The translations under genes were made by a program, and so were the position numbers. Below, piece by piece: positions 36,818 through 56,297 of a stretch of 64,000 bases of DNA; position 1 is the stretch's first letter, and every line of letters starts with the position of its first letter. The DNA is from Mytilus trossulus (Eukaryota), in assembly GCF_036588685.1 (NCBI RefSeq), contig NC_086378.1:34038001-34102000 (forward strand). Direction: 5' to 3'. The notes below the pieces were generated by a model. It was given only the letters and a program-made list of their open reading frames with translations. It was not told the origin of the DNA and ran no database searches.

Positions 36818-37998
36818 TCACCACTTACATAAAGCTGGCGTTGATTGGTCCGCATATCTTAAATCTGATTGGACTGATTTGTAAGGGACTTTGACAGTTT
36901 TCAATCCATTTTTTACTGAAAAACTGCTCAACCCAAGCTGACAGTAAAAATGCCCCCTTTTTTCATTCATAATTACAGTTTCTGATCATCCCTCATAGCT
37001 CAACAATAGTAAATTAGTGTCACGGTTTCAATATGATAAATCTGAAGAAGAAAAATAATAATAATGAAAAAAGGTCAAAATACATGCAGAAACATTAAGG
37101 AAAGGAACGAAAAATAAAAACAGGAAAAAATAAAAATAAAATGCAGTTATAACACAAACAAAGCGAAATAAAAATAAAAAAACAGAAACAAATGGAATTA
37201 CACATTCCCGACATGACATTGTGCGGATCGGCTGAGTTTCTTTATTGTTGTATTATGTCATATTTATGTATATTTAATATAAAAAAAGAAGATGTGGTAT
37301 GATTTTCATTTGGGCTGGGCACATTTGTCACATTGTCTGATTGTCGGTGTGCTTACATCAATTCCACATCTTTAATACACAAACAATAACTAAATAAAGA
37401 CAGAAAGACAGAGAGAGAGATGCTGAAAAAAATGGAAAAAGGAAAAGAATGGAAAGTACATATCATATATAAAAGTGTTGACGAAAGAGATAATGTTAAC
37501 AAAAACTATAAATAATTATAATAATAAAAAAAAACCACACACCTTCTCAGATGAATCTAAGCATGCTCGCATCAATAACCAAGAGAGAGAAAGAAGAGAG
37601 CAGACTAGTATTAAATATAAATACTATCAGTGGTTTTTTTTCCCCCCGACAAACATTATATGATTTAACTGAGCTACTTGTGGGTTCAAAGAGTCAGAAA
37701 GTACGACAATAAATGTTCTGATGAAGAAGACTGAAAAAGTTACTAGACTTAGTGTTATGCTATAAGAACTGTACTTAAATGGGATGCGTTAGAGAGAGAA
37801 GAAAAGAAGAATCACGGAAGAAGGGACATTTATATTTTAGACATTTTTTATTTGTTATGTAGTAGAATATATTTTTTTCAATTATGTATGGGGAATAAAG
37901 TATTACTAAGATGTACAACAATTTTAGACTCTTTTTGAAAAATATTGGTGGCCCTGAAAAGGGCCGTTGTTAAGTGAGTAATCCGATATATCCACTTT

Positions 37999-38382
<384 letters not shown>

Positions 38383-38652
38383 CTATTTGGTTGATCGACA
38401 CTGAGTAAAGTGATACAATTTTTCTTCAAAATTTAGCTTATATACCCACTAAACGGATTGAACGATGTTTTTATTATACACCAATCAGAACGAAGCTCTC
38501 TGCGAGCAGTTAGGCTACCGAACATTCAACATGTTATGGGTGCTCTCTCCGAGGTTCGCGTTTAATAAAATCTTTCAATCCGTTTTGCCCAGTATATAAA
38601 CAAATTGAAAATAATTTTTCACCATTACTTATTTGATTATCAAACCAGTAAC

Positions 38653-39027
38653 ATGCCACCCAAAGTAGGAACTAAAGGAGCCAAGAAGGCCGTCACCAAG
38701 GCAAAGACTGCCAGACCCGGCGGTGATAAGAAAAGGAGGAGGAAGAGACGTGAATCCTATGCTATCTACATCTACAAAGTCTTGAGACAAGTTCACCCCG
38801 ACACCGGAGTGTCCTCAAAGGCAATGTCCATCATGAACAGCTTCGTCAACGATATCTTCGAGAGAATCGCAGCAGAGGCTTCCCGATTGGCACACTACAA
38901 CAAAAGATCTACCATCACATCCCGGGAGATCCAGACCGCTGTCCGTCTTCTCTTACCCGGAGAATTGGCCAAGCACGCTGTCAGTGAAGGTACCAAAGCC
39001 GTCACTAAATACACCAGCAGCAAGTAA
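38653..39027 (+). CDS. H2B: Histone H2B
   Basis: 124-aa H2B from MPPKVG. Confidence 0.98.
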   Translation: MPPKVGTKGAKKAVTKAKTARPGGDKKRRRKRRESYAIYIYKVLRQVHPDTGVSSKAMSIMNSFVNDIFERIAAEASRLAHYNKRSTITSREIQTAVRLLLPGELAKHAVSEGTKAVTKYTSSK

Positions 39028-39879
39028 ACAGTCTGAAGTTTATAACTTCACAAACGGCCCTTTTCAGGGCCACCAACATTTTTCAAAAAGAATTTACATT
39101 TGTTGTACATCAATGTCAAACTTCTAAACAAAGCTATAAATCCCAACCCCAGCTATAACCACTTTCAAACTATTTCAATAGTATATGGTTACTTTTCTCT
39201 TCTTTCTATCTGTATAACAAATATACGTGTATTTCACTCATTCTGTAGCATTTAATTTGTCTGTCAAAACTACAAAGCGTAAATACATAAATCATGAAGA
39301 ACAAAACAGTGCTTTCATTCCAATTAATAGAGTTGATAAATTTACGATTTCTTTTGCTTTTCGAGAGAAAAAAAATATTGCGAGAATTATTTTACACGGA
39401 AACAAGAACATTACCTAATCTTAAACCACGCAAAAAAAACCTCTATAATTGAATATAACAGAATCTACAGATTTTGTGTGTAAAAGTCCGTGCATTTTGT
39501 TTTGAAATTTTCTCTCTTCATGTAGGCAAATGCACGGACTTGATCTTTGAACGTATTCATAAACCTTCAGAAATATAAATTCTCAAATAAATACAAGAGT
39601 AAGAGTAAGGAAGTTAATTAAAAAGAAAGCCAGATATTTAAAAAAAAAAAGGGGGGGGGGGGGGGTATAACGAGAGAGAGAAAATAGTTGCGGATCAGGA
39701 TCAGGGAAAACAAGAAAAACGGTTGAAAAATTCATGAACATTAGAGAAAAGAATAGAAGTGGGAGCAAGCTTTGATTTCAAGATTTTGTTTAAAACGATG
39801 TACAACAAATCTAAGATTCTTTTTGAAAAATGTTGGTGGCCCTGAAAAGGGCCGTTGTTGATATTAGCTGGGTGGCTGT

Positions 39880-40197
<318 letters not shown>

Positions 40198-41914
40198 CTA
40201 TTTGTGGTGATTAGTTAAATAATACTTTCCGTCTAACAGCGACTCTTTATATATCACCAACGCGGCCGTAAAAGAAGTATCACACATTTTCAGTTAACTG
40301 TTGTCTGATTGGCTTACGTTGTTTTATTCCGGGAGGTAACTCTGTACTGCCTTAAACTGTGTACACTTTCAATCCACTTTTTCATTCTAGGTCTGAAAAA
40401 TATAATAATTCATATCAGACAGTAAATTTTTAAGAAAAAACTATTATTTCAATCGGAATAAAAATGACTGAAGGAGACAAAAAAAGTTCCAAAATGTTGA
40501 AAAGTTTTCATTTTAAGATAGAATAGTATGATAAATAAATGATAAATGAAAATCACTTTAGACAGTCAAAATTATAAAGATAATTATTTGCTTTCTCTGA
40601 ACAGACATTTTCATTCAATGACAATACACATTTCAACTTAATGGAATGGAATTTAGTTGGGGAAAAAATAAACCTCACAGACATATCTAGGAATACTGGT
40701 TATCTATTTGTCTATTTGATGTATCCAGAAATTGGATACATCACAGGATTTTACATGCTTGCAGTTTTCTACCTGTCTTTCATAACTCAACATCATCTGT
40801 CAAAGCTGTGCTTGCCATCCATCAACGATCTGCTGCAGGTACTTCAGATCATAAATGGGAGAATGTATGAATAAAACTGTTACTGTTATTACTATTAAAG
40901 ATTTTTTTTTCTAGGTATTACAGTGAAGAAAAGAGATGCCCCTGACTGCGGGTAAAACTTCTTATGTGTGCATCTTCCTTTCAATTTTATTTTTAAACGC
41001 CATTCTATATTTATCCACAGTATGACGATGACAATTTCATCAGCCAATCCAATAAAAATGTTAATGCGCACACATGTACTTACTATTCTGAAGACTTCTT
41101 TTAGCCAGAAAAGTTTATAATAAGTCTGAAAACCACTTTTTATCATATAAAAAAGCTTATAAGTGCAAGATATATGCTTACATGGACTTCCTACATTGAA
41201 ATTTTGTGGGGACTACTTGGACCCGTACCGAAATTATATTAATTTAAATAGAAATTTCATGATTTTGTTAACTAGCAGCAAGACAAGACTCTAAAGTGGA
41301 CAAAATATATTACTACATACATGATAAAAAAATTCTTTACAATTCTGACTGAAAAAGAGCTCTAAATTTTTGATAAAAGTACCCTGTAATATCAGCTTTT
41401 CTAAAAGAAATATTCAAATTAATGAATTATACAAGATATTTAAACTCTAACTTAAAAAAAAAGGTTATATTTTGGCCAGTTGGTGGTTCTCTTTCTTTGG
41501 TCTAGACTACTGGTGTAAATAATACATCAAAAGAAGACAAGACAAAACAAGCGAAGAAAAGAAAAGAACAGAAGTACAGATAGAAACATTTATATGTTGA
41601 TCTTTTTTTATATAATGTACTATTTAATATTCTACACACAAGGACATACATGTACCATGATAAACAAACACCCCCCTTTTTTTTGTGATGAGACTTGTGT
41701 GTATATATATATCATAAAATTTATTTTTTGTCTATGTATTGCTTTGCATATAGATGGATTCAACAAGAAGAAATAAAAGAGAGAGAGAGAGATGGGGAAA
41801 AGAGGGGTTCGGCTATGTTTCTAATTTTCATGTACAACAATTTATAGATTCTTTTTGAAAAATATTGGTGGCCCTGAAAAGGGCCGTTATGTTTTGGTGA
41901 AAAAATCACACTTC

Positions 41915-42430
<516 letters not shown>

Positions 42431-43612
42431 TCACCACTTACATAAAGCTGGCGTTGATTGGTCCGCATATCTTAAATCTGATTGGACTGATTTGTAAGGG
42501 ACTTTGACAGTTTTCAATCCATTTTTTACTGAAAAACTGCTCAACCCAAGCTGACAGTAAAAATGCCCCCTTTTTTCATTCATAATTACAGTTTCTGATC
42601 ATCCCTCATAGCTCAACAATAGTAAATTAGTGTCACGGTTTCAATATGATAAATCTGAAGAAGAAAAATAATAATAATGAAAAAAGGTCAAAATACATGC
42701 AGAAACATTAAGGAAAGGAACGAAAAATAAAAACAGGAAAAAATAAAAATAAAATGCAGTTATAACACAAACAAAGCGAAATAAAAATAAAAAAACAGAA
42801 ACAAATGGAATTACACATTCCCGACATGACATTGTGCGGATCGGCTGAGTTTCTTTATTGTTGTATTATGTCATATTTATGTATATTTAATATAAAAAAA
42901 GAAGATGTGGTATGATTTTCATTTGGGCTGGGCACATTTGTCACATTGTCTGATTGTCGGTGTGCTTACATCAATTCCACATCTTTAATACACAAACAAT
43001 AACTAAATAAAGACAGAAAGACAGAGAGAGAGATGCTGAAAAAAATGGAAAAAGGAAAAGAATGGAAAGTACATATCATATATAAAAGTGTTGACGAAAG
43101 AGATAATGTTAACAAAAACTATAAATAATATATAATAATAAAAAAAAACCACACACCTTCTCAGATGAATCTAAGCATGCTCGCATCAATAACCAAGAGA
43201 GAGAAAGAAGAGAGCAGACTAGTATTAAATATAAATACTATCAGTGGTTTTTTTTCCCCCCGACAAACATTATATGATTTAACTGAGCTACTTGTGGGTT
43301 CAAAGAGTCAGAAAGTACGACAATAAATGTTCTGATGAAGAAGACTGAAAAAGTTACTAGACTTAGTGTTATGCTATAAGAACTGTACTTAAATGGGATG
43401 CGTTAGAGAGAGAAGAAAAGAAGAATCACGGAAGAAGGGACATTTATATTTTAGACATTTTTTATTTGTTATGTAGTAGAATATATTTTTTTCAATTATG
43501 TATGGGGAATAAAGTATTACTAAGATGTACAACAATTTTAGACTCTTTTTGAAAAATATTGGTGGCCCTGAAAAGGGCCGTTGTTAAGTGAGTAATCCGA
43601 TATATCCACTTT

Positions 43613-43996
<384 letters not shown>

Positions 43997-44266
43997 CTAT
44001 TTGGTTGATCGACACTGAGTAAAGTGATACAATTTTTCTTCAAAATTTAGCTTATATACCCACTAAACGGATTGAACGATGTTTTTATTATACACCAATC
44101 AGAACGAAGCTCTCTGCGAGCAGTTAGGCTACCGAACATTCAACATGTTATGGGTGCTCTCTCCGAGGTTCGCGTTTAATAAAATCTTTCAATCCGTTTT
44201 GCCCAGTATATAAACAAATTGAAAATAATTTTTCACCATTACTTATTTGATTATCAAACCAGTAAC

Positions 44267-44641
44267 ATGCCACCCAAAGTAGGAACTAAAGGAGCCAAGA
44301 AGGCCGTCACCAAGGCAAAGACTGCCAGACCCGGCGGTGATAAGAAAAGGAGGAGGAAGAGACGTGAATCCTATGCTATCTACATCTACAAAGTCTTGAG
44401 ACAAGTTCACCCCGACACCGGAGTGTCCTCAAAGGCAATGTCCATCATGAACAGCTTCGTCAACGATATCTTCGAGAGAATCGCAGCAGAGGCTTCCCGA
44501 TTGGCACACTACAACAAAAGATCTACCATCACATCCCGGGAGATCCAGACCGCTGTCCGTCTTCTCTTACCCGGAGAATTGGCCAAGCACGCTGTCAGTG
44601 AAGGTACCAAAGCCGTCACTAAATACACCAGCAGCAAGTAA
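44267..44641 (+). CDS. H2B: Histone H2B
   Basis: 124-aa H2B from MPPKVG. Confidence 0.98.
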   Translation: MPPKVGTKGAKKAVTKAKTARPGGDKKRRRKRRESYAIYIYKVLRQVHPDTGVSSKAMSIMNSFVNDIFERIAAEASRLAHYNKRSTITSREIQTAVRLLLPGELAKHAVSEGTKAVTKYTSSK

Positions 44642-45493
44642 ACAGTCTGAAGTTTATAACTTCACAAACGGCCCTTTTCAGGGCCACCAACATTTTTCAA
44701 AAAGAATTTACATTTGTTGTACATCAATGTCAAACTTCTAAACAAAGCTATAAATCCCAACCCCAGCTATAACCACTTTCAAACTATTTCAATAGTATAT
44801 GGTTACTTTTCTCTTCTTTCTATCTGTATAACAAATATACGTGTATTTCACTCATTCTGTAGCATTTAATTTGTCTGTCAAAACTACAAAGCGTAAATAC
44901 ATAAATCATGAAGAACAAAACAGTGCTTTCATTCCAATTAATAGAGTTGATAAATTTACGATTTCTTTTGCTTTTCGAGAGAAAAAAAATATTGCGAGAA
45001 TTATTTTACACGGAAACAAGAACATTACCTAATCTTAAACCACGCAAAAAAAACCTCTATAATTGAATATAACAGAATCTACAGATTTTGTGTGTAAAAG
45101 TCCGTGCATTTTGTTTTGAAATTTTCTCTCTTCATGTAGGCAAATGCACGGACTTGATCTTTGAACGTATTCATAAACCTTCAGAAATATAAATTCTCAA
45201 ATAAATACAAGAGTAAGAGTAAGGAAGTTAATTAAAAAGAAAGCCAGATATTTAAAAAAAAAAAGGGGGGGGGGGGGGGTATAACGAGAGAGAGAAAATA
45301 GTTGCGGATCAGGATCAGGGAAAACAAGAAAAACGGTTGAAAAATTCATGAACATTAGAGAAAAGAATAGAAGTGGGAGCAAGCTTTGATTTCAAGATTT
45401 TGTTTAAAACGATGTACAACAAATCTAAGATTCTTTTTGAAAAATGTTGGTGGCCCTGAAAAGGGCCGTTGTTGATATTAGCTGGGTGGCTGT

Positions 45494-45811
<318 letters not shown>

Positions 45812-47528
45812 CTATTTGTGGTGATTAGTTAAATAATACTTTCCGTCTAACAGCGACTCTTTATATATCACCAACGCGGCCGTAAAAGAAGTATCACACA
45901 TTTTCAGTTAACTGTTGTCTGATTGGCTTACGTTGTTTTATTCCGGGAGGTAACTCTGTACTGCCTTAAACTGTGTACACTTTCAATCCACTTTTTCATT
46001 CTAGGTCTGAAAAATATAATAATTCATATCAGACAGTAAATTTTTAAGAAAAAACTATTATTTCAATCGGAATAAAAATGACTGAAGGAGACAAAAAAAG
46101 TTCCAAAATGTTGAAAAGTTTTCATTTTAAGATAGAATAGTATGATAAATAAATGATAAATGAAAATCACTTTAGACAGTCAAAATTATAAAGATAATTA
46201 TTTGCTTTCTCTGAACAGACATTTTCATTCAATGACAATACACATTTCAACTTAATGGAATGGAATTTAGTTGGGGAAAAAATAAACCTCACAGACATAT
46301 CTAGGAATACTGGTTATCTATTTGTCTATTTGATGTATCCAGAAATTGGATACATCACAGGATTTTACATGCTTGCAGTTTTCTACCTGTCTTTCATAAC
46401 TCAACATCATCTGTCAAAGCTGTGCTTGCCATCCATCAACGATCTGCTGCAGGTACTTCAGATCATAAATGGGAGAATGTATGAATAAAACTGTTACTGT
46501 TATTACTATTAAAGATTTTTTTTTCTAGGTATTACAGTGAAGAAAAGAGATGCCCCTGACTGCGGGTAAAACTTCTTATGTGTGCATCTTCCTTTCAATT
46601 TTATTTTTAAACGCCATTCTATATTTATCCACAGTATGACGATGACAATTTCATCAGCCAATCCAATAAAAATGTTAATGCGCACACATGTACTTACTAT
46701 TCTGAAGACTTCTTTTAGCCAGAAAAGTTTATAATAAGTCTGAAAACCACTTTTTATCATATAAAAAAGCTTATAAGTGCAAGATATATGCTTACATGGA
46801 CTTCCTACATTGAAATTTTGTGGGGACTACTTGGACCCGTACCGAAATTATATTAATTTAAATAGAAATTTCATGATTTTGTTAACTAGCAGCAAGACAA
46901 GACTCTAAAGTGGACAAAATATATTACTACATACATGATAAAAAAATTCTTTACAATTCTGACTGAAAAAGAGCTCTAAATTTTTGATAAAAGTACCCTG
47001 TAATATCAGCTTTTCTAAAAGAAATATTCAAATTAATGAATTATACAAGATATTTAAACTCTAACTTAAAAAAAAAGGTTATATTTTGGCCAGTTGGTGG
47101 TTCTCTTTCTTTGGTCTAGACTACTGGTGTAAATAATACATCAAAAGAAGACAAGACAAAACAAGCGAAGAAAAGAAAAGAACAGAAGTACAGATAGAAA
47201 CATTTATATGTTGATCTTTTTTTATATAATGTACTATTTAATATTCTACACACAAGGACATACATGTACCATGATAAACAAACACCCCCCTTTTTTTTGT
47301 GATGAGACTTGTGTGTATATATATATCATAAAATTTATTTTTTGTCTATGTATTGCTTTGCATATAGATGGATTCAACAAGAAGAAATAAAAGAGAGAGA
47401 GAGAGATGGGGAAAAGAGGGGTTCGGCTATGTTTCTAATTTTCATGTACAACAATTTATAGATTCTTTTTGAAAAATATTGGTGGCCCTGAAAAGGGCCG
47501 TTATGTTTTGGTGAAAAAATCACACTTC

Positions 47529-48044
<516 letters not shown>

Positions 48045-49225
48045 TCACCACTTACATAAAGCTGGCGTTGATTGGTCCGCATATCTTAAATCTGATTGGA
48101 CTGATTTGTAAGGGACTTTGACAGTTTTCAATCCATTTTTTACTGAAAAACTGCTCAACCCAAGCTGACAGTAAAAATGCCCCCTTTTTTCATTCATAAT
48201 TACAGTTTCTGATCATCCCTCATAGCTCAACAATAGTAAATTAGTGTCACGGTTTCAATATGATAAATCTGAAGAAGAAAAATAATAATAATGAAAAAAG
48301 GTCAAAATACATGCAGAAACATTAAGGAAAGGAACGAAAAATAAAAACAGGAAAAAATAAAAATAAAATGCAGTTATAACACAAACAAAGCGAAATAAAA
48401 ATAAAAAAACAGAAACAAATGGAATTACACATTCCCGACATGACATTGTGCGGATCGGCTGAGTTTCTTTATTGTTGTATTATGTCATATTTATGTATAT
48501 TTAATATAAAAAAAGAAGATGTGGTATGATTTTCATTTGGGCTGGGCACATTTGTCACATTGTCTGATTGTCGGTGTGCTTACATCAATTCCACATCTTT
48601 AATACACAAACAATAACTAAATAAAGACAGAAAGACAGAGAGAGAGATGCTGAAAAAAATGGAAAAAGGAAAAGAATGGAAAGTACATATCATATATAAA
48701 AGTGTTGACGAAAGAGATAATGTTAACAAAAACTATAAATAATTATAATAATAAAAAAAAACCACACACCTTCTCAGATGAATCTAAGCATGCTCGCATC
48801 AATAACCAAGAGAGAGAAAGAAGAGAGCAGACTAGTATTAAATATAAATACTATCAGTGGTTTTTTTTCCCCCCGACAAACATTATATGATTTAACTGAG
48901 CTACTTGTGGGTTCAAAGAGTCAGAAAGTACGACAATAAATGTTCTGATGAAGAAGACTGAAAAAGTTACTAGACTTAGTGTTATGCTATAAGAACTGTA
49001 CTTAAATGGGATGCGTTAGAGAGAGAAGAAAAGAAGAATCACGGAAGAAGGGACATTTATATTTTAGACATTTTTTATTTGTTATGTAGTAGAATATATT
49101 TTTTTCAATTATGTATGGGGAATAAAGTATTACTAAGATGTACAACAATTTTAGACTCTTTTTGAAAAATATTGGTGGCCCTGAAAAGGGCCGTTGTTAA
49201 GTGAGTAATCCGATATATCCACTTT

Positions 49226-49609
<384 letters not shown>

Positions 49610-49879
49610 CTATTTGGTTGATCGACACTGAGTAAAGTGATACAATTTTTCTTCAAAATTTAGCTTATATACCCACTAAACGGATTGAACGATGTTTTTA
49701 TTATACACCAATCAGAACGAAGCTCTCTGCGAGCAGTTAGGCTACCGAACATTCAACATGTTATGGGTGCTCTCTCCGAGGTTCGCGTTTAATAAAATCT
49801 TTCAATCCGTTTTGCCCAGTATATAAACAAATTGAAAATAATTTTTCACCATTACTTATTTGATTATCAAACCAGTAAC

Positions 49880-50254
49880 ATGCCACCCAAAGTAGGAACT
49901 AAAGGAGCCAAGAAGGCCGTCACCAAGGCAAAGACTGCCAGACCCGGCGGTGATAAGAAAAGGAGGAGGAAGAGACGTGAATCCTATGCTATCTACATCT
50001 ACAAAGTCTTGAGACAAGTTCACCCCGACACCGGAGTGTCCTCAAAGGCAATGTCCATCATGAACAGCTTCGTCAACGATATCTTCGAGAGAATCGCAGC
50101 AGAGGCTTCCCGATTGGCACACTACAACAAAAGATCTACCATCACATCCCGGGAGATCCAGACCGCTGTCCGTCTTCTCTTACCCGGAGAATTGGCCAAG
50201 CACGCTGTCAGTGAAGGTACCAAAGCCGTCACTAAATACACCAGCAGCAAGTAA
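49880..50254 (+). CDS. H2B: Histone H2B
   Basis: 124-aa H2B from MPPKVG. Confidence 0.98.
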   Translation: MPPKVGTKGAKKAVTKAKTARPGGDKKRRRKRRESYAIYIYKVLRQVHPDTGVSSKAMSIMNSFVNDIFERIAAEASRLAHYNKRSTITSREIQTAVRLLLPGELAKHAVSEGTKAVTKYTSSK

Positions 50255-51107
50255 ACAGTCTGAAGTTTATAACTTCACAAACGGCCCTTTTCAGGGCCAC
50301 CAACATTTTTCAAAAAGAATTTACATTTGTTGTACATCAATGTCAAACTTCTAAACAAAGCTATAAATCCCAACCCCAGCTATAACCACTTTCAAACTAT
50401 TTCAATAGTATATGGTTACTTTTCTCTTCTTTCTATCTGTATAACAAATATACGTGTATTTCACTCATTCTGTAGCATTTAATTTGTCTGTCAAAACTAC
50501 AAAGCGTAAATACATAAATCATGAAGAACAAAACAGTGCTTTCATTCCAATTAATAGAGTTGATAAATTTACGATTTCTTTTGCTTTTCGAGAGAAAAAA
50601 AATATTGCGAGAATTATTTTACACGGAAACAAGAACATTACCTAATCTTAAACCACGCAAAAAAAACCTCTATAATTGAATATAACAGAATCTACAGATT
50701 TTGTGTGTAAAAGTCCGTGCATTTTGTTTTGAAATTTTCTCTCTTCATGTAGGCAAATGCACGGACTTGATCTTTGAACGTATTCATAAACCTTCAGAAA
50801 TATAAATTCTCAAATAAATACAAGAGTAAGAGTAAGGAAGTTAATTAAAAAGAAAGCCAGATATTTAAAAAAAAAAAGGGGGGGGGGGGGGGGTATAACG
50901 AGAGAGAGAAAATAGTTGCGGATCAGGATCAGGGAAAACAAGAAAAACGGTTGAAAAATTCATGAACATTAGAGAAAAGAATAGAAGTGGGAGCAAGCTT
51001 TGATTTCAAGATTTTGTTTAAAACGATGTACAACAAATCTAAGATTCTTTTTGAAAAATGTTGGTGGCCCTGAAAAGGGCCGTTGTTGATATTAGCTGGG
51101 TGGCTGT

Positions 51108-51280
<173 letters not shown>

Positions 51281-51380
51281 NNNNNNNNNNNNNNNNNNNN
51301 NNNNNNNNNNNNNNNNNNNNNNNNNNNNNNNNNNNNNNNNNNNNNNNNNNNNNNNNNNNNNNNNNNNNNNNNNNNNNNNN
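51281..51380. other. Scaffold gap (100 N); same orientation on both sides but a phase jump of ~3.07 kb (plus any whole units)
   Basis: Left side stops mid-H4; right side resumes in the H3-H2A spacer. Confidence 0.95.
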
Positions 51381-51865
51381 TAATTATAATAATAAAAAAA
51401 AACCACACACCTTCTCAGATGAATCTAAGCATGCTCGCATCAATAACCAAGAGAGAGAAAGAAGAGAGCAGACTAGTATTAAATATAAATACTATCAGTG
51501 GTTTTTTTTCCCCCGACAAACATTATATGATTTAACTGAGCTACTTGTGGGTTCAAAGAGTCAGAAAGTACGACAATAAATGTTCTGATGAAGAAGACTG
51601 AAAAAGTTACTAGACTTAGTGTTATGCTATAAGAACTGTACTTAAATGGGATGCGTTAGAGAGAGAAGAAAAGAAGAATCACGGAAGAAGGGACATTTAT
51701 ATTTTAGACATTTTTTATTTGTTATGTAGTAGAATATATTTTTTTCAATTATGTATGGGGAATAAAGTATTACTAAGATGTACAACAATTTTAGACTCTT
51801 TTTGAAAAATATTGGTGGCCCTGAAAAGGGCCGTTGTTAAGTGAGTAATCCGATATATCCACTTT

Positions 51866-52249
<384 letters not shown>

Positions 52250-52519
52250 CTATTTGGTTGATCGACACTGAGTAAAGTGATACAATTTTTCTTCAAAATT
52301 TAGCTTATATACCCACTAAACGGATTGAACGATGTTTTTATTATACACCAATCAGAACGAAGCTCTCTGCGAGCAGTTAGGCTACCGAACATTCAACATG
52401 TTATGGGTGCTCTCTCCGAGGTTCGCGTTTAATAAAATCTTTCAATCCGTTTTGCCCAGTATATAAACAAATTGAAAATAATTTTTCACCATTACTTATT
52501 TGATTATCAAACCAGTAAC

Positions 52520-52894
52520 ATGCCACCCAAAGTAGGAACTAAAGGAGCCAAGAAGGCCGTCACCAAGGCAAAGACTGCCAGACCCGGCGGTGATAAGAAA
52601 AGGAGGAGGAAGAGACGTGAATCCTATGCTATCTACATCTACAAAGTCTTGAGACAAGTTCACCCCGACACCGGAGTGTCCTCAAAGGCAATGTCCATCA
52701 TGAACAGCTTCGTCAACGATATCTTCGAGAGAATCGCAGCAGAGGCTTCCCGATTGGCACACTACAACAAAAGATCTACCATCACATCCCGGGAGATCCA
52801 GACCGCTGTCCGTCTTCTCTTACCCGGAGAATTGGCCAAGCACGCTGTCAGTGAAGGTACCAAAGCCGTCACTAAATACACCAGCAGCAAGTAA
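52520..52894 (+). CDS. H2B: Histone H2B
   Basis: 124-aa H2B from MPPKVG. Confidence 0.98.
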   Translation: MPPKVGTKGAKKAVTKAKTARPGGDKKRRRKRRESYAIYIYKVLRQVHPDTGVSSKAMSIMNSFVNDIFERIAAEASRLAHYNKRSTITSREIQTAVRLLLPGELAKHAVSEGTKAVTKYTSSK

Positions 52895-53746
52895 ACAGTC
52901 TGAAGTTTATAACTTCACAAACGGCCCTTTTCAGGGCCACCAACATTTTTCAAAAAGAATTTACATTTGTTGTACATCAATGTCAAACTTCTAAACAAAG
53001 CTATAAATCCCAACCCCAGCTATAACCACTTTCAAACTATTTCAATAGTATATGGTTACTTTTCTCTTCTTTCTATCTGTATAACAAATATACGTGTATT
53101 TCACTCATTCTGTAGCATTTAATTTGTCTGTCAAAACTACAAAGCGTAAATACATAAATCATGAAGAACAAAACAGTGCTTTCATTCCAATTAATAGAGT
53201 TGATAAATTTACGATTTCTTTTGCTTTTCGAGAGAAAAAAAATATTGCGAGAATTATTTTACACGGAAACAAGAACATTACCTAATCTTAAACCACGCAA
53301 AAAAAACCTCTATAATTGAATATAACAGAATCTACAGATTTTGTGTGTAAAAGTCCGTGCATTTTGTTTTGAAATTTTCTCTCTTCATGTAGGCAAATGC
53401 ACGGACTTGATCTTTGAACGTATTCATAAACCTTCAGAAATATAAATTCTCAAATAAATACAAGAGTAAGAGTAAGGAAGTTAATTAAAAAGAAAGCCAG
53501 ATATTTAAAAAAAAAAAGGGGGGGGGGGGGGGTATAACGAGAGAGAGAAAATAGTTGCGGATCAGGATCAGGGAAAACAAGAAAAACGGTTGAAAAATTC
53601 ATGAACATTAGAGAAAAGAATAGAAGTGGGAGCAAGCTTTGATTTCAAGATTTTGTTTAAAACGATGTACAACAAATCTAAGATTCTTTTTGAAAAATGT
53701 TGGTGGCCCTGAAAAGGGCCGTTGTTGATATTAGCTGGGTGGCTGT

Positions 53747-54064
<318 letters not shown>

Positions 54065-55781
54065 CTATTTGTGGTGATTAGTTAAATAATACTTTCCGTC
54101 TAACAGCGACTCTTTATATATCACCAACGCGGCCGTAAAAGAAGTATCACACATTTTCAGTTAACTGTTGTCTGATTGGCTTACGTTGTTTTATTCCGGG
54201 AGGTAACTCTGTACTGCCTTAAACTGTGTACACTTTCAATCCACTTTTTCATTCTAGGTCTGAAAAATATAATAATTCATATCAGACAGTAAATTTTTAA
54301 GAAAAAACTATTATTTCAATCGGAATAAAAATGACTGAAGGAGACAAAAAAAGTTCCAAAATGTTGAAAAGTTTTCATTTTAAGATAGAATAGTATGATA
54401 AATAAATGATAAATGAAAATCACTTTAGACAGTCAAAATTATAAAGATAATTATTTGCTTTCTCTGAACAGACATTTTCATTCAATGACAATACACATTT
54501 CAACTTAATGGAATGGAATTTAGTTGGGGAAAAAATAAACCTCACAGACATATCTAGGAATACTGGTTATCTATTTGTCTATTTGATGTATCCAGAAATT
54601 GGATACATCACAGGATTTTACATGCTTGCAGTTTTCTACCTGTCTTTCATAACTCAACATCATCTGTCAAAGCTGTGCTTGCCATCCATCAACGATCTGC
54701 TGCAGGTACTTCAGATCATAAATGGGAGAATGTATGAATAAAACTGTTACTGTTATTACTATTAAAGATTTTTTTTTCTAGGTATTACAGTGAAGAAAAG
54801 AGATGCCCCTGACTGCGGGTAAAACTTCTTATGTGTGCATCTTCCTTTCAATTTTATTTTTAAACGCCATTCTATATTTATCCACAGTATGACGATGACA
54901 ATTTCATCAGCCAATCCAATAAAAATGTTAATGCGCACACATGTACTTACTATTCTGAAGACTTCTTTTAGCCAGAAAAGTTTATAATAAGTCTGAAAAC
55001 CACTTTTTATCATATAAAAAAGCTTATAAGTGCAAGATATATGCTTACATGGACTTCCTACATTGAAATTTTGTGGGGACTACTTGGACCCGTACCGAAA
55101 TTATATTAATTTAAATAGAAATTTCATGATTTTGTTAACTAGCAGCAAGACAAGACTCTAAAGTGGACAAAATATATTACTACATACATGATAAAAAAAT
55201 TCTTTACAATTCTGACTGAAAAAGAGCTCTAAATTTTTGATAAAAGTACCCTGTAATATCAGCTTTTCTAAAAGAAATATTCAAATTAATGAATTATACA
55301 AGATATTTAAACTCTAACTTAAAAAAAAAGGTTATATTTTGGCCAGTTGGTGGTTCTCTTTCTTTGGTCTAGACTACTGGTGTAAATAATACATCAAAAG
55401 AAGACAAGACAAAACAAGCGAAGAAAAGAAAAGAACAGAAGTACAGATAGAAACATTTATATGTTGATCTTTTTTTATATAATGTACTATTTAATATTCT
55501 ACACACAAGGACATACATGTACCATGATAAACAAACACCCCCCTTTTTTTTGTGATGAGACTTGTGTGTATATATATATCATAAAATTTATTTTTTGTCT
55601 ATGTATTGCTTTGCATATAGATGGATTCAACAAGAAGAAATAAAAGAGAGAGAGAGAGATGGGGAAAAGAGGGGTTCGGCTATGTTTCTAATTTTCATGT
55701 ACAACAATTTATAGATTCTTTTTGAAAAATATTGGTGGCCCTGAAAAGGGCCGTTATGTTTTGGTGAAAAAATCACACTTC

Positions 55782-56297
<516 letters not shown>
